Below, one piece after another: positions 25,627-38,860 of a stretch of DNA of 64,000 bases. The stretch covers positions 162,440,001-162,504,000 of the forward strand of contig OZ024741.1 in NCBI GenBank assembly GCA_964016885.1. The letters run 5' to 3'. Under the pieces are notes generated by a model that was not told where the DNA came from, did not search any database, and worked only from the letters and a program-made list of their open reading frames with translations. The position numbers and the translations under genes were made by a program. This DNA comes from Eledone cirrhosa. Lineage: Eukaryota. The number at the start of each line of letters is the position of its first letter. Positions within the stretch are counted from its first letter, which is position 1.

Positions 25627-27151
25627 TGTCTTATAGGGCAGGGATTGGTAACTGTTTCTATCTGAGGAACCGCATTTAGATAAAAATTCAAAACTGAAAT
25701 TATCAGAGCTTCATAATTTATTATAAGCATTTTGGTTTTTAATTTTATCTGAAATTACTTCCAATGTCCAGGTGGTGGTTGTAGCAGTAGTAAATAAATA
25801 AATAATAAAATAAAAAAATTCTGAGCACCTAAGAGCCACCTGAGACAGGTGGAAGAGCCACACGGGGCCTTGAAGCTGCACATTCCTGATCTCTGTAAGA
25901 GAGGATAAAGTGGGGTGGCTTTGAATTGATTTGTCGAGTTAAGGCATAAAACCTCATAAATCTTAGTAGAAATACAAACCAAGTTGTCCCCCTCCCCAGC
26001 TTTTTTAAGTGTATGTTAGAATTAAGTGAAAGGAAATAGCTACAACAGAAAGTTAAATTGAGATGAACAAAAGAAAGTTTACCTTATATTGAGTTTTACT
26101 TATTTTGGGCCATTGCCTCCCCAGCAGGACCAAGGACACAACACACATCAAAATATCATAACGGGGTAGCACTGGTGACATTAATAAAACACATCCAGTC
26201 AGCCCTGTAATGTGGTCATACTAGTGGTTGGCATTATCAAGGGTATCAAGCCATAGAAAACCAAGTCCAAAACAATGTACGAGAAAGATGTGGTCACCTG
26301 AGATGTCTGGTCTCTTAAAATGACAACAAATGGGGATATTTAAAGGATGGGGACATTGTGTGTAACTACAGCATTGAACTACAGACTATGCAGCACCTCC
26401 TGATATGCCCCCTGCTGGAACACCCCTGCACAGCATTGAACTTAGTAGAGTTTAATGAGAAAGGACAGCAATGTGTTCAGCTGTGGCGCACCCACATCTA
26501 GCCAGGCTTTGTAACTGACACTCTTGTGGACACGATAAGATGAAGACATGACAACCTATATAACCAATGTAAGCATAAGAAACAGACATTAAACAGTAAA
26601 GATGGTACAGGCGATGCTGATGATATAGACAGAAAAAGAAAGTGAGTTAAATACAGCTCTTATAGGAACTAAAGATGGAACTAGAAGCCCTAAAACAACA
26701 GGTTCAGTGAACTCTGTACTAATTTCACCAACTTCCACAAGAGTAAAACCACTTAGCAGCCTATATAAAGGTAATGGACTGCTGTTGCACAGTTGTCCTA
26801 GTTAATTCTTCACTGATGCTATGGCTAAGTAATTTCTTATGTAAGAAATCTAAAATCCCCATGGCAACTATAGTTGTAACTGGAAGTTAGACAAGTGGTT
26901 ACAACTTTTGTTGCTGCCTTATAAGTGACCTTCCTTTAGACTATTATATAAGTAACCATAACATAACTACTGAATACTACTAACTAGCTACTTTTTGTTT
27001 TGATTTGATTTTGTTGTTGTTCATTTGTTTTGTTTTCTTTTATCTCTTTATTTTCTATATTTCTTGAGAAGCATTCTTCATTTCCAGTACAGATTTCAAA
27101 TTATCTTCTTACAATTCATAACTGATTTTTACTACTGTATATATGTATGAC

Positions 27152-27255
<104 letters not shown>

Positions 27256-27719
27256 AATGTCCAGTTTGTGATGGGACCTGTAGAGCCCATATTTGTCAAC
27301 ATAGTTACATGTGACTCCATGAAAGTTAAATGTGGGGTAGAAACACCCTTGACTGCAGAGGTATTGTCAACTATATTTATATATATAGACACACATATAT
27401 ATATATATATATATACAAACATATACACACACACACACATATATATACATACATACCCAATCTCTTAGACTTTTACAAAGTGCTGAGGGGATAAATTTAA
27501 TATAAAGAGTGGAGTGTTCATGCATGGAAATGTTATAAAATAGCTTACCAAATAGGGTGAAGACTTTTTGAGATGAAAAAAGAAGTTGCACTTGGCCACT
27601 ACAAAGAATTGAACATCAAATCTCTCAGATATTGACTAGGCATTTTGAACCATTAAGCCAAAGGACTGTGGCAACTTTTACCATCTTTAGATAGATAGAT
27701 AGCTAGCTAAATCACAACA

Positions 27720-27930
27720 TTTACCCTTTAGCATTTAAACCGCCCATATCCGGCCAGAATTCTTTCACCTCTTTCTGTTCAAACTGGCTGTAACTGGCCA
27801 CTCGCTTTAGCGTTACGGTATTGTTCTCAAAATAAATTATAACATCATCAAAATCTCATAGATTCGATATTATGTGAGATAAAGCCTTTACCAGGAAAAT
27901 ACAATAGTAAATATAATGTAAATGTTAAGA
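27720..27930. mobile_element. piggyBac-like MITE family B
   Basis: Left TIR CCCTTTAGCATTTAAACC; body homologous to 4580-4786; right end degenerate. Confidence 0.7.
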
Positions 27931-28261
27931 AGTGCTGGGGAAATGAAATTAATAAGAATGGGTGGATAAAATAAAGTACCAGTAAAGTACTGTAGTTGAT
28001 ATAATCAACCTTAACCTCTCTACTAATTGTTGGCCTTGTGCCTAAATTAGAAATCATTATTAGGGCTGAATCAACAGATTGAGTACATTTCTATACAGTT
28101 GTTAGTACATATGGTATTCTTTTTGATTTATGTAGAATGTAGTGAATAAGCAGAGGCAAGTTAAATGGACTTCTGTGTGCATTGTAGGGCAGAATATTGA
28201 ATGGGCAGTAAATGTGGAGGATATACAGAAGGCTGGAGAGAAAGGAAGTGAGAATATTGTT

Positions 28262-28598
28262 TGATGTGCAATGTTAATGTGCAGGAATGATAGAGAGGAG
28301 GTAAACTGAGAAAAATTCTTGGTAATAGAGAAACCAAACTGCACTGGTTTGGACATGTAGTGTGTATGGATGAGGAATGCTGGGTGAAGAAAGCCAGGTG
28401 ATGCCAGTGGAAGGAAGCTGCAGCAGAGGAAGACCAAGAAAAACCTGAGTAGAGATGGTTAGAGCTGATCTCAAAAGACTGAACCTTACAAAGGAGATGG
28501 TGAAAGAATGCTGTAAGTGAAGGGAGACTGTGCTGGGAAGGACCTGTCTAGCCCATACAAGAATGGAAAAACTGATGTAAAAAGACGATTATGTTGAT
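28262..28598 (+). pseudogene. 3' end of an RTE-clade LINE
   Basis: KLHWFGHVVCMDEECWVKK..VEGSCSRGRPRKT*VEMVRADLKRLNLTKEM; tail resembles the S2 SINE tail. Confidence 0.8.
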
Positions 28599-29182
28599 TC
28601 TCAGAGTTTGGTTGACAATACAAGCATTTAACCTTGGAAGGCAGCAAATTTATACTGTGGCTAATTTTGTTATATAAGTGATTGATAAGTAGTTTAACAG
28701 TTGCGTGTGTTTGTCTCTAATATTGTTAAATTAAGTAGGACAAGTGATCACACCCACGCACTGTTAAGTTACTTTATTTAACTTAGAAGCAAACATGGCT
28801 GTATGCAGAAGAAGTTTGTTTTGCAACCACCTGGTGGAGTCAATCTCCTCTTCAGGTCTGAATAGAGCAGATTTCTTCCAGAGAAAGATAGAGAATGAGA
28901 GAACGGAAGTGAGAGAGGTTATTGGGTGCATTTTATTGTGGCAACAGCACTAGTACTTTCCAGATTATTCTGGGTACATTTTATCATAGCAGCAGGACTT
29001 GGAAAGGTCATTGTGTCCTCAACAGGGTGAAGTGAGGCAGTGATGTGAGAAAGGGAGATGAAAAATACAATGGGCCATTGTATTTAAATACATTTAACAA
29101 TTGTATTTTATTGCCATCAACTCATAATCATTACACTACTGCATGATGCATGCTGGTCAAGTTAATGGCAGAGCCTCTAGAT

Positions 29183-29776
29183 TAGTGGTTCTCAGCCTTT
29201 ATTTACCTATGGACCCCTTTGATTCCAATTTTACTCTAGTGGTTAGCCACTGATAACCATTTGATGTTTAAAAAATCCTCTGTAGAAACCAAGCCAAAAT
29301 CGGTTCTGTACGAGCAAGACATGGTCACCATTGCTCACAACAGGACAACTCGTTTAACCCATGCCAGCATGGGAATATGGACATTAAATGGAGATGATGA
29401 TGATGATAATATTATTAGGGATTGTATAAAATCTTGTTAAAATATTTTGTGTATTGTAGAAGTAACTAATTTATTGTACATACATTTTAATAACTAAAAT
29501 CTATCGAAACTGAACACCCACTAATAAAATATGCCAACAGTATTCCATTGAATATTTGTCAAATTTTTCCATTACTACAGAATGAAGTGAATAAATAAGT
29601 TTCTTTCTCTAATGCTTAAGATAGTTTCTAGCAATAAATATGTCTAAAGCAAAAGATTTTTCATGGACCCCTAAAATACTACTATGGATCCCCAATTTAC
29701 TATTTTGTTTGTGTGGACTCCCCAAAAATCTTATATGAACCCTAAACACCATGTAGACTCTGGTTATGAACCACTG
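29183..29776. mobile_element. hAT (Charlie-like) MITE with nested SINE fragment (29278-29406)
   Basis: TIRs TAGTGGTTCTCA / TTATGAACCACTG; flanks CTCTAGAT / CTGAAGAT (6 of 8 match). Confidence 0.7.
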
Positions 29777-30685
29777 CTGAAGATGGTTATTTAACCTGAT
29801 AGAAATAGCAGTCAAATCTTCCTAAAAAAAGGAAAGACACACATTAGATCACATGACTACATACCTCCCACCTAAAAGAAAAGTGACCACATCTTGCTAA
29901 TACATTCCATTTTTGGCTTGGTTTTCTATGGCACGATGCCCTTCCTCATACCGATCAACTTTAATAGAGTGTAGTGGGAACTTTTTTCATGGTACCAACA
30001 CTACCACTTTACAGAGTGGACTGGGTGCTTTTTGTCATGGCTCCAGTACAAACATATTACAAGGTAGACTGAGTGTTTCTTGTCATGGCACCAAAATAAT
30101 ATGTTTTCATCCCATTGGCAGAGTTATTCAAGCATCAGATAGAATGTTTTGCTTTCTGACTGCACTCTGAATTAAAATCCCAAAACAAATTTGATTTTCA
30201 TTCTTTCTGGATCAATAAGTAAAGTGCCAGTCTACTGTTGGGATCAATTTGTCTTTCTCTTTTTTTTATCCCCACTACATGCAAATGAACATCCCTACTG
30301 ATGTTTCATGCACAAAAAACCATAGACGTTTTAAACTATTCCCATCTTAGTCCTGAGTGAGTAAAAATTCAGAAACAGCTGTGTGGTATTCTCATTAGCA
30401 ACTGAGACAGCTGTGACATGGTAACAGCTTAAAACATCCATAACACAACTCTTTATGCATATCATATATGCTTTCATATACATTCATATTATATATGCAT
30501 CATCATTATCATTACCGTTTAACATCCATTTTTCCATGCTAGCATAGATTAGACAAGTTGTCCAGATGTGAGCCAAGCCAGAACAGATGACTGTCTCCAG
30601 CTCACATTGGACTGATTTTGATGTGGTTTCTATGGTTGGATGCCCTTCCTAATGCCAACCACATATACATATATATCCATATAGT

Positions 30686-30723
<38 letters not shown>

Positions 30724-31131
30724 TATATATGTGCATGTGTGTGTGTGTATGTATGATTATACATATATATTGTAACAAATACTTCTTCAACTCTACTTTA
30801 TATCTAATTTCAATTTGCAAAGCTAAAACAAAACAACATTTAGATTTTCACCAAATAAGGTATTGTGTAGTTTTATTGTTAAACTAATATCACATGAACG
30901 AAAATGCTTCTCATGTACTTTGATCATTGAATCTCTGATACAAGTATTAAATATTCTAGATGAAATATAATATCCCAGCAATCTTTAGCAAGAGAATAGT
31001 GAAATAGGGTTCACAGGAAAATAAGGTATAAATATATCAGAAAATATTCTTTGGAATTTAATACCTTACTGTTTCACTGAAAGCTAACTCAATTTCTGCC
31101 TCCTAAATTTCTTCATTATCTGTTTAAAGAA

Positions 31132-31320
31132 GGGCGGTGGATTGGCAGTATCGGTAGAGGGTCGGACGCCATGCTTTCCAGCATAGTTACGTCCCTTTAC
31201 GATCTGAGTTCAAATCCCACCATGGTTGACTTTGCCTTTCATCCTTACGGGGTCGATAAAATAAAGTACCAGTAATGAACTGGGTAATTGCTGGCCTTGT
31301 GCCTAAAGTAGAAACAATTA
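31132..31320 (+). mobile_element. Young full-length S1 SINE
   Basis: 17-bp TSD ATTATCTGTTTAAAGAA at 31115-31131 and 31317-31333; A/B boxes TGGCAGTATCGG and GAGTTCAAATCC. Confidence 0.9.
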
Positions 31321-32919
31321 TCTGTTTAAAGAAATATACTAAGGTTGGAGTTGTACTTATGTTAGCAAGGGATTTGACCTGAGATTGTGTGTTGTTAGTG
31401 AAACATTTAAATTGCTGAATAGTCATATTAGCCATTTAACCATTTCATGACAATGCTTCTAATGAAATAAAACACTCTAATTCAATAGTTTAATGAAGAA
31501 TTTTGATGGATTTACTAAAATTATTAATTATTTTATTACTGAGATAGTAATTTAACATATGGTTCTTATATAGAATTATTTTGGGAAATAATTTGTAAAT
31601 AAATGGGTGGTTTTGTTTCATAAACCAGAGCTGGTTTTGAGTAAGTTGGTATCAAAAGATTTACATATACCATCATAAATATATTTTTTCTGAAATTTGA
31701 ACAGTGCATTGTAATTTGACCCAGCATGCCATAGATTGAGAAAACTGACAATGTGTTCTTTAGATTCTGCATGTTCTTTACAGTTCTGCATGCATTAGTA
31801 CTTTGATCTTTACCTTGTTATAGACATGGCTGAATGGGTAAAACATTTCATTTGCACTCATGAGGTTCCATGTTTGATCGCACTGCATGGCGTCTTAGGC
31901 AAGTCTTTACCAGAGCCTTGAGTTGAGCCAATCCTTATGAGTGAAATTGAGTAGATGGAAACTGTGAAAACCTATCAGACAGGTTGTACCTGCAATTCAA
32001 TGGTGTAGCTTTGTCACATATAATGTCATGCTGATTTGGCTTCAGAATCACATTAAGCATTCATGAGCCTGTGGAATACTCAATGACTTGCATGTTAATT
32101 CATGAGTCGATCAAACAACTGAACATTCATTAAGGATACTGATCAAGACTACACCATCACTTTTAGATATATATTAAAAACCTGTATATACGACCATATA
32201 TTCAATGTTTGTATTTGTGATTATCTAAAAAGGTGAAATTTTGTATGGCACATCTGAACTCAGTACTGCATGTGTAAACTAAGTAAAATTAAATACTTTG
32301 GACAGTTGTAAACAGCTGTCAGTAATGTTTTAAATATTTCCAGCTGATATTTTCTTCAAGTGGGAATAACTACATTTTGACTGAATTATATTCTAATACA
32401 GTTGCTTTTCCAGGTTAATGGATTCTACCTGCACATAGTTTCTCTATCTCTGTAATAACAAGAATCTTAACATAAATAAACAAAAAAACCTTCTCCATTT
32501 CTTAATCAAATCTCTTACCGAAACTACATGTTTCTTTCCCCTAGTAATGGAGTATGATTTTGTTTCTACAGCTGTTACAATCACTCTGTAGTCTTTGAAC
32601 AAGTGTTCAAATCTATCTTATAAAAAATAAGTAGTATTAACTCTTAACATCCTGTATTAATTTGCACTAAACTAAAGTATAGTGCTGTTTTGTACTTTTC
32701 AATAATGTCTTCCTTACAGAATTTCATGTGCTATAGGACTTTAAAAGACATTTCTTTCATTTTGAGAAATTCATTCAAGGAAACAATTCTTTACTTTCAA
32801 TATCTAGAAATCCTTAATAGTGTAGTATGTACTTTCACCCCAGATTGTTTTGTATTTCTAGTACAGCTTAGAAAAGTGGACATAAAATGATGATGATATA
32901 AATATAAATTGATTATACT

Positions 32920-33222
32920 CCCATGACTTTCGGAAACACTTTTTCACGCTTAGAGTTGCTGAAGCATGGAACAAACTGCCTGCGTCAGTTGTTAGCTGCC
33001 GAGACACTGCATCCTTTAAAACCCTCATGCTTCCTGAAATTCGCCAAAACTACACCTGATGTCCCCCTTCCATACACATGCACACATGTGTATATCATGA
33101 CTCATGCTCTGTTCATTTTCCTGACGTTTGTACATTACCCTATGTACTATACATACACTTTTGATGAGTTGTAGTGCACCTGAGCACTGTACACAATATT
33201 TTCATTATATTATTATTATTAT
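32920..33222 (+). mobile_element. 3' end of a CR1-group LINE
   Basis: HDFRKHFFTLRVAEAWNKLPASVV..SFK matches the CR1 RxxFFxxRVxxxWNxLP C-terminal motif; 3' UTR and (ATT)n tail. Confidence 0.8.
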
Positions 33223-33231
33223 ATAGTCAAA

Positions 33232-33303
<72 letters not shown>

Positions 33304-33311
33304 TGTGAGTG

Positions 33312-33632
33312 AGAGTGTCAGGCAGCAAGTTAACAAATATGCTGGCAGACAGGACCTACTCCTTGTGATGGTGAAAAGATGGAAGCTTGCTTGTTATGGT
33401 CACATATTCGGCCACAACTACCTTTCAAAAATCATCCTTCAGGGCACAGTCAAAAGAAGGCAAAGAAGAAACTGACAAAGAAAATCCTGGTCCAACAATA
33501 TAAAAGATTGGACAAGACAACACAATGCCTGATAGAGAATAGAGACCAGTGGCGATGGCTGACTACAAAAGCAGCTATAGTGGCACTCCAACGACTGACT
33601 GCAACAGTTGTTGGAACTTGATTGATTGATTG
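33312..33632 (+). pseudogene. 3' end of another RTE-group LINE
   Basis: VKRWKLACYGHI..LSKIILQGTVKRRQRR..KSWSNNIKDWT..NRDQWR; (TTGA)n tail. Confidence 0.75.
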
Positions 33633-33967
33633 TTACCATACTGTCATAAATGTGAGAGAGAGGGGGGTATTGGGAGGAAAAGACTTGTTTTTTTGTTACA
33701 GTATTTGTTCCACCTGTTTGTATTCTGAGTTCAAATCTTGTTATGGACTTAAATTCATTGCATGGTTTAACATCAATACTTGGCCTTTGGATGCCTTTGG
33801 CAAAGCGTATTCCATTGCAAATATTTGGGCCATAACTCCAGTATGAGAGTACTTTCCTCTTTCCTACTAGTTTCAGAAGCTTTTAAAAGATCCATGGGTA
33901 CTGCCCATCCCTCTTGACTAAGTGATAAAAAAAAAGTCCATAATTTATTGACTATATTATTCTAGCA

Positions 33968-34999
33968 CAGAAGTTCTCAAAGTGGGCGCTGGATCCAAGG
34001 GGCCACTAGAGATGATATAATAGTATATTAATAATCAAATGATACATATATAATATTTATTTATACATAGTATATATTACTATAAATTATTATATATAAA
34101 TTAACGATTTTATTTATTATATACTAACTGGCCCGTCCGGCTGGTGCCCGGGTAGGTATACCTGCCCCACCACTCCACTGCAAAGATACCACACACCCTC
34201 CCGTGTCACATTGTCCTTCCGACTTTGTAGCAATGGGGAGGAGCTACCGTAGAAATGAGTTTAAAAAGAAAGAGTTAAGCTGTGTTGTTAATATACATAC
34301 ATACGACCGTCAGCTTTATAAGTGTGTGTGTGTGTGTGTGTGCGCCGCGCACGTTACTTATGCGAGTGACGACAGATGAAAGATATACGACGGAAATGAA
34401 CGTTATTTTTCAATCACCGCTACATTTGATCATACACATTGTTTATTTCAAAAATATTTTAATGCCGACACTTGATTTAACATCATTGGAAATTCGGTCA
34501 CTTGCTGGTCCCCTTCTGTCTGTCTGTCTCTCTCTGTGTGTGTCTCTCTCTCTCTCTGAATAACTAACATTTTAATTGTATCTCTCTCTCTGTCTGTCTA
34601 ATGGCCTATCTCTCCTCTTTTCCCCTCCCTCTGTAGATGTGTGTGTGTGTAGTTTTCCTAACCTCTCTCTCTCTATGTGTGTATATATTGAAGGGAGATA
34701 CGGAAACTAAAACAGTGTTGTCATATAGAGAGTGAAGAGCGACAGAGAGAGTAAAGAGTTAAATTATAGAGAAGGGGAATTATCTATTATAGAGAGAGGG
34801 AAGAGCGACGGAGAGAGTAAAGCTAAGAAACTATAGGGAGGTGTGTAGGATACATACATACATACATACATAATACATATGACGCTCAGCTTTATAATAT
34901 TATAGATAGATATATAGATTATTTACAATTTGCGTTTAGGCAGGTCTCTCTGGAAATATGGGTAGGAGGGCGATGGCCCCAAAAGTTTGAGAACCTCTA
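33968..34999. mobile_element. hAT (Charlie-like) MITE carrying a Helitron
   Basis: TIRs CAGAAGTTCTCAAA / TTTGAGAACCTCTA; perfect 8-bp TSD TTCTAGCA at 33960-33967 and 35000-35007. Confidence 0.85.
34124..34910 (-). mobile_element. Non-autonomous Helitron
   Basis: Minus strand begins TCTATCTATAATATTATAAAGCTGAG; ends with a GC-rich CCCG..CGGG hairpin and CCAGTTAG|T (non-canonical TTAG); CpG-rich relative to flanks. Confidence 0.7.
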
Positions 35000-35569
35000 T
35001 TCTAGCAAGAAAATTTTGTGATGTAAAAAAAAAAAAATAATTGATACGTTACAAGAAATATAAAGGCATTACTTAGAATTCCAAATTTTCAAGAAGTTAC
35101 TTTTATTCTAAGAACACTTCTCTAAAATAGGATGTCACAGTTTTTCACTGATGAAATGGGTTTTTTTCAGAGTTAATAAATATCCAGTAAAACAAAAATT
35201 TCCGCTATATTACAAATACAGTTTTTTTTTTTACAGAAGAAACAATAAAATTAGATAATTGTGCGAATCCTTTTAAAGTCTCTTATCAATTTCCAAGAAG
35301 ATCACAGACAAATGGTTTGATTTTTCTACCATAAATTATTAACTTCCATACTGTATTATCTCACATTAATGATCAAGAAGGTTACAAGTGTTCTGAAAGA
35401 GCAATATAATAAGAGTTATATTTCAACAGACATTCAACAGGATGTGGCTTGAAAGTATAGCTGTGTCTTTGTTATTCATATTTATACATATATTTATCTA
35501 ATTTTGAAAGTTTACATAATCATTTGTGTGTGTGGGTATTGTATGTAATTGGACACAGCTAACTATAAG

Positions 35570-36260
35570 TATATGCCAGTGTATGGAGGCTTCATTCCTT
35601 TCCAATCTTTGCAGGTCTCGCTACCATGCAACATTTTTGTTTGTATACATGCATTATACAGTCTGCCTTTCATTTTGAGGGGAAAACCTTTTGTAGTTAG
35701 TAGTGATAGTAACTCCCTGAACTTTCTCCAACATGTTCTCACTCTGGCAACTGTGCTTGTGGAACACCCACCTCCACTACTAATTTGGTCACCCAGGTAA
35801 CAGAAACTATCTATTACTTCTACAGAGCCCTCTGGGCTATTGAAGGAGTTTGTATCCCGAGAAGTTTGTTACTTATGACCCCTGTGCACTGGCCACATGT
35901 AAAACCTACATTCTTTGTTAGCCTGCCTGAGATCCCACTACATTTCTTGTGTACCCATGGTTTTCATTTGAGACAGAGGATGGAATCTTTACCTACTCCT
36001 TTTCTGTACACTGAGCAAGACCATTTCCTGAGGAGATCTGGGCCCAGTTTTCCTTTCTACTTACTAGAATTTAGTCTTTGCCAAGTTGACTTTAAGACGT
36101 TTTGGCTCTAGTCCATGCTTCCAGGTTTGGAATTTTATCTCTAATTCAGCTATCATGGTTAGGTCATCTGCATACAAGAGTCTCATGGACAGCAAGTCTT
36201 AAACTCCTCCATTATTGCCCACAGGACGATAAAAAAACAGGAGAGGGCTAAGAACTGATA
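35570..36260 (-). pseudogene. RTE-clade reverse transcriptase fragment with embedded PHD-like finger
   Basis: SVLSPLLF..LLYADDL..LKVNLAKTK..[CSVYRKGVGKDSILCLK*KPWVHKKC..FTCGQC]..DSFCYLGDQISSGGGC..KGRLYNACIQTKMLHGSET; stops and frameshifts. Confidence 0.85.
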
Positions 36261-36274
36261 TATATATATATATC

Positions 36275-36315
<41 letters not shown>

Positions 36316-37616
36316 ATATATATATATATATATATCATCATCATCATTTTCATCTGCTTTTCCCTGCATATATATGGCACTGCAGTTGGAATTCTCTCTC
36401 TATATATGTATGTAAACACACACAAAATTCAATACAGTTGTAGAGTATATAGCAAAACAAAAGATGTAAAGTATAATACAAATAAGCAGAATCAAACAAT
36501 GTTAGTTTGTAATGACTGTGAAAATAGAAGATTATTACTATGATACCACTACTACTACCATTAATTTAATTACTCATACACACAAATGAAATTAGCTTTA
36601 TTAGAAATTATAGCTTTCAATATTTTATTTTGTTTACATGACAAGATTAGGAAGTGTCATTATAATGTTTAGTCAAGTGTGTGTGCGTGTGCGGTTATAA
36701 TTTGGGGTGGGTGGGGTGTACATATAAACAAAATTCTAACACAAAACAAAGGGAAATACCGAAACCAATTTTTTTTTTCCTAACAGAAACTAAAATGTTT
36801 TCAATAAACTGGAACAAACAAAATACACACAAAAATATGTAGGGAAAAAAGCAAAAAAAAGCATAGCAAATTTAAAATGTAATGCTGCTACTATTGCCAA
36901 CACTACCAATACAACAACAACAACAACAACAACAACAACCACCAACACTACTACTATTACCAGCTCCAACATCACTGCTAAAATAACTATCCTAATTGTG
37001 CCATATAAGCTTTAAAATAAAACTAGAAACATACTATATCAACTGTAGATGAAAGAATGGAGAAGCAGACAAAAATGGAGAGAGTGACAAATAATGTGTC
37101 TCTATAAAAGGAATGACAATAATTAACAAGATAATGACTATGACAAACAAAACAACAAAACCAAAAACAAAACAACAAAACCAAAAACAAAACAAAACAA
37201 AAATCTTGAAGTTGTTATGAGAAATAGTTATAGGCTAGACAGGCAGGTCAGATGACTGTGTCATGCCCATACATTACATTATACCATAGTTTCTACAGCT
37301 GGATGCCTTTCCTAATGCCAACCACTTCACAGTGTGTGTCAGGTTTGTTTTCTCATGGTACCACCACTACCACCTGATCAAGTAAACTTGTTGCTTTTTT
37401 TCGTTCCACCATCACTACCACATTTTAACACCAGTGCACCTGCAACCATGGCTGGGCTGAAAAGACAGTGATAGGAGTGGCAGGAACCAGAGTAGAGTTT
37501 TGGCCACTTGTTACTAGAAGGAGTGGTGGAGTATATAAATAAATGTTAATAAATATGAAGACACAGTTCTACTTTTTGACATTTCAATGTAATAACTACC
37601 GTTATGTACATTATAA

Positions 37617-37830
37617 GGGTTTCAGATTCAGACACAAGGAATAACAATTTAGGGCGAGGGGAAAGTCGATTAAATTGACTCTCGTACGTTGCTGGTACTT
37701 TATTTTATTGATCCCGTAAGAATGAAAGGCAAAGCTAACCATGGCGAGATTTGATCTCAGAACGTAAAGGGCTGTAACTCTATGCCTCAAAGCATGTTGT
37801 TCGATGCTCTAATGATACTGCCAATCAACC
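37617..37830 (-). mobile_element. S1 SINE
   Basis: S1 homology; TSD TGTACATTATAA on both sides. Confidence 0.8.
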
Positions 37831-38243
37831 TGTACATTATAATGTCCAGTAATACTTATTCCTGTCATCTTAACATACTCAAACAAACAATAAAATTTAA
37901 TGATCAAACCCAAACCTCATAAATTATATCATAATGACATCAAAATTTCTCCATTTTCAGAGCATGGTCGATTTCTTGGTACCTCATATATGTAACCTCC
38001 TAAAAGTCAGCCTAATTCTGTCATCAAGTGCTCTCAAATAGTAGTTCCATATTTGTGATTAATTATGAAATATTATAATATATTACTTACAATTAATTAT
38101 AATATGCATTTTTATATATATTATAATCAGTAAATGATTAATCAGTATTGAAAAATCAATTTTTGGCCAATTTGTTTATCGGTGCATCCTATTACTCTAT
38201 TACATGTTCCAGCCAACAGGCTGAGGCCATGCTGGGGCACCGC

Positions 38244-38280
<37 letters not shown>

Positions 38281-38284
<4 letters not shown>

Positions 38285-38860
38285 GTAAAATAGTCATGTA
38301 GGTGTCACTGTAAAGTGGTTGTGTAGGAGTCACAACAAAAAGCAATCAGCCCACACAGTAAAGTGGTCATATAAGAGTCATGAGAAAAAGCATCCAACCC
38401 ACACTATAAAGTGGTCATGTAGGTGTCCCAACAAAAATCTCCCAGCCCACACTATAAAGTGGTTGTGTAGGTGTCACAACAAAAAGTACTCAACCCACAC
38501 TGTAAAATGGTTGTGTAGGTAGGTGTCATGACAAAAAGCATCCAGTCCACACTGTAAAGTGGTTGTGTAGGTGTCGTGACAAAAAGTACCCAACCCACAC
38601 TGTAAAATGCTTGTGTAAGTAGGTGTCATGACAAAAAGCATCCAGTCCACACTGTAAAGTGGTTGTGTAGGTGTCGTGACAAAAAGCACCCAGCATAGAC
38701 CGTAAATGTGGTTGAGGTTAGGAAGGGCCTCCTAGCAGTAGAAACCAAGCCAGAAACAATTCTGTATGAGCAAGACACAGTCACCTGACCCAACTTGCCT
38801 CAAACGGTACAATCCGTTTAACCCATGCTACCGTGGAAAATGGACGTTAAATGATGTGAT
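38281..38860 (+). mobile_element. S2-related SINE body with eight or more tandem 48/52-bp internal units
   Basis: CACACTGTAAAGTGGTTGTGTAGGTGTC.TGACAAAAAGCA units from 38307 to 38695, then AGGAAGGGC..TAGAAACCAAGCC and the RTE-type tail. Confidence 0.85.

Noticed and set aside
38307-38695. CRISPR-like regular array (also 43427-43986)
   Set aside because: Units are contiguous tandem repeats with no unique spacers, lie inside SINEs, and no cas genes are present in this eukaryotic context.
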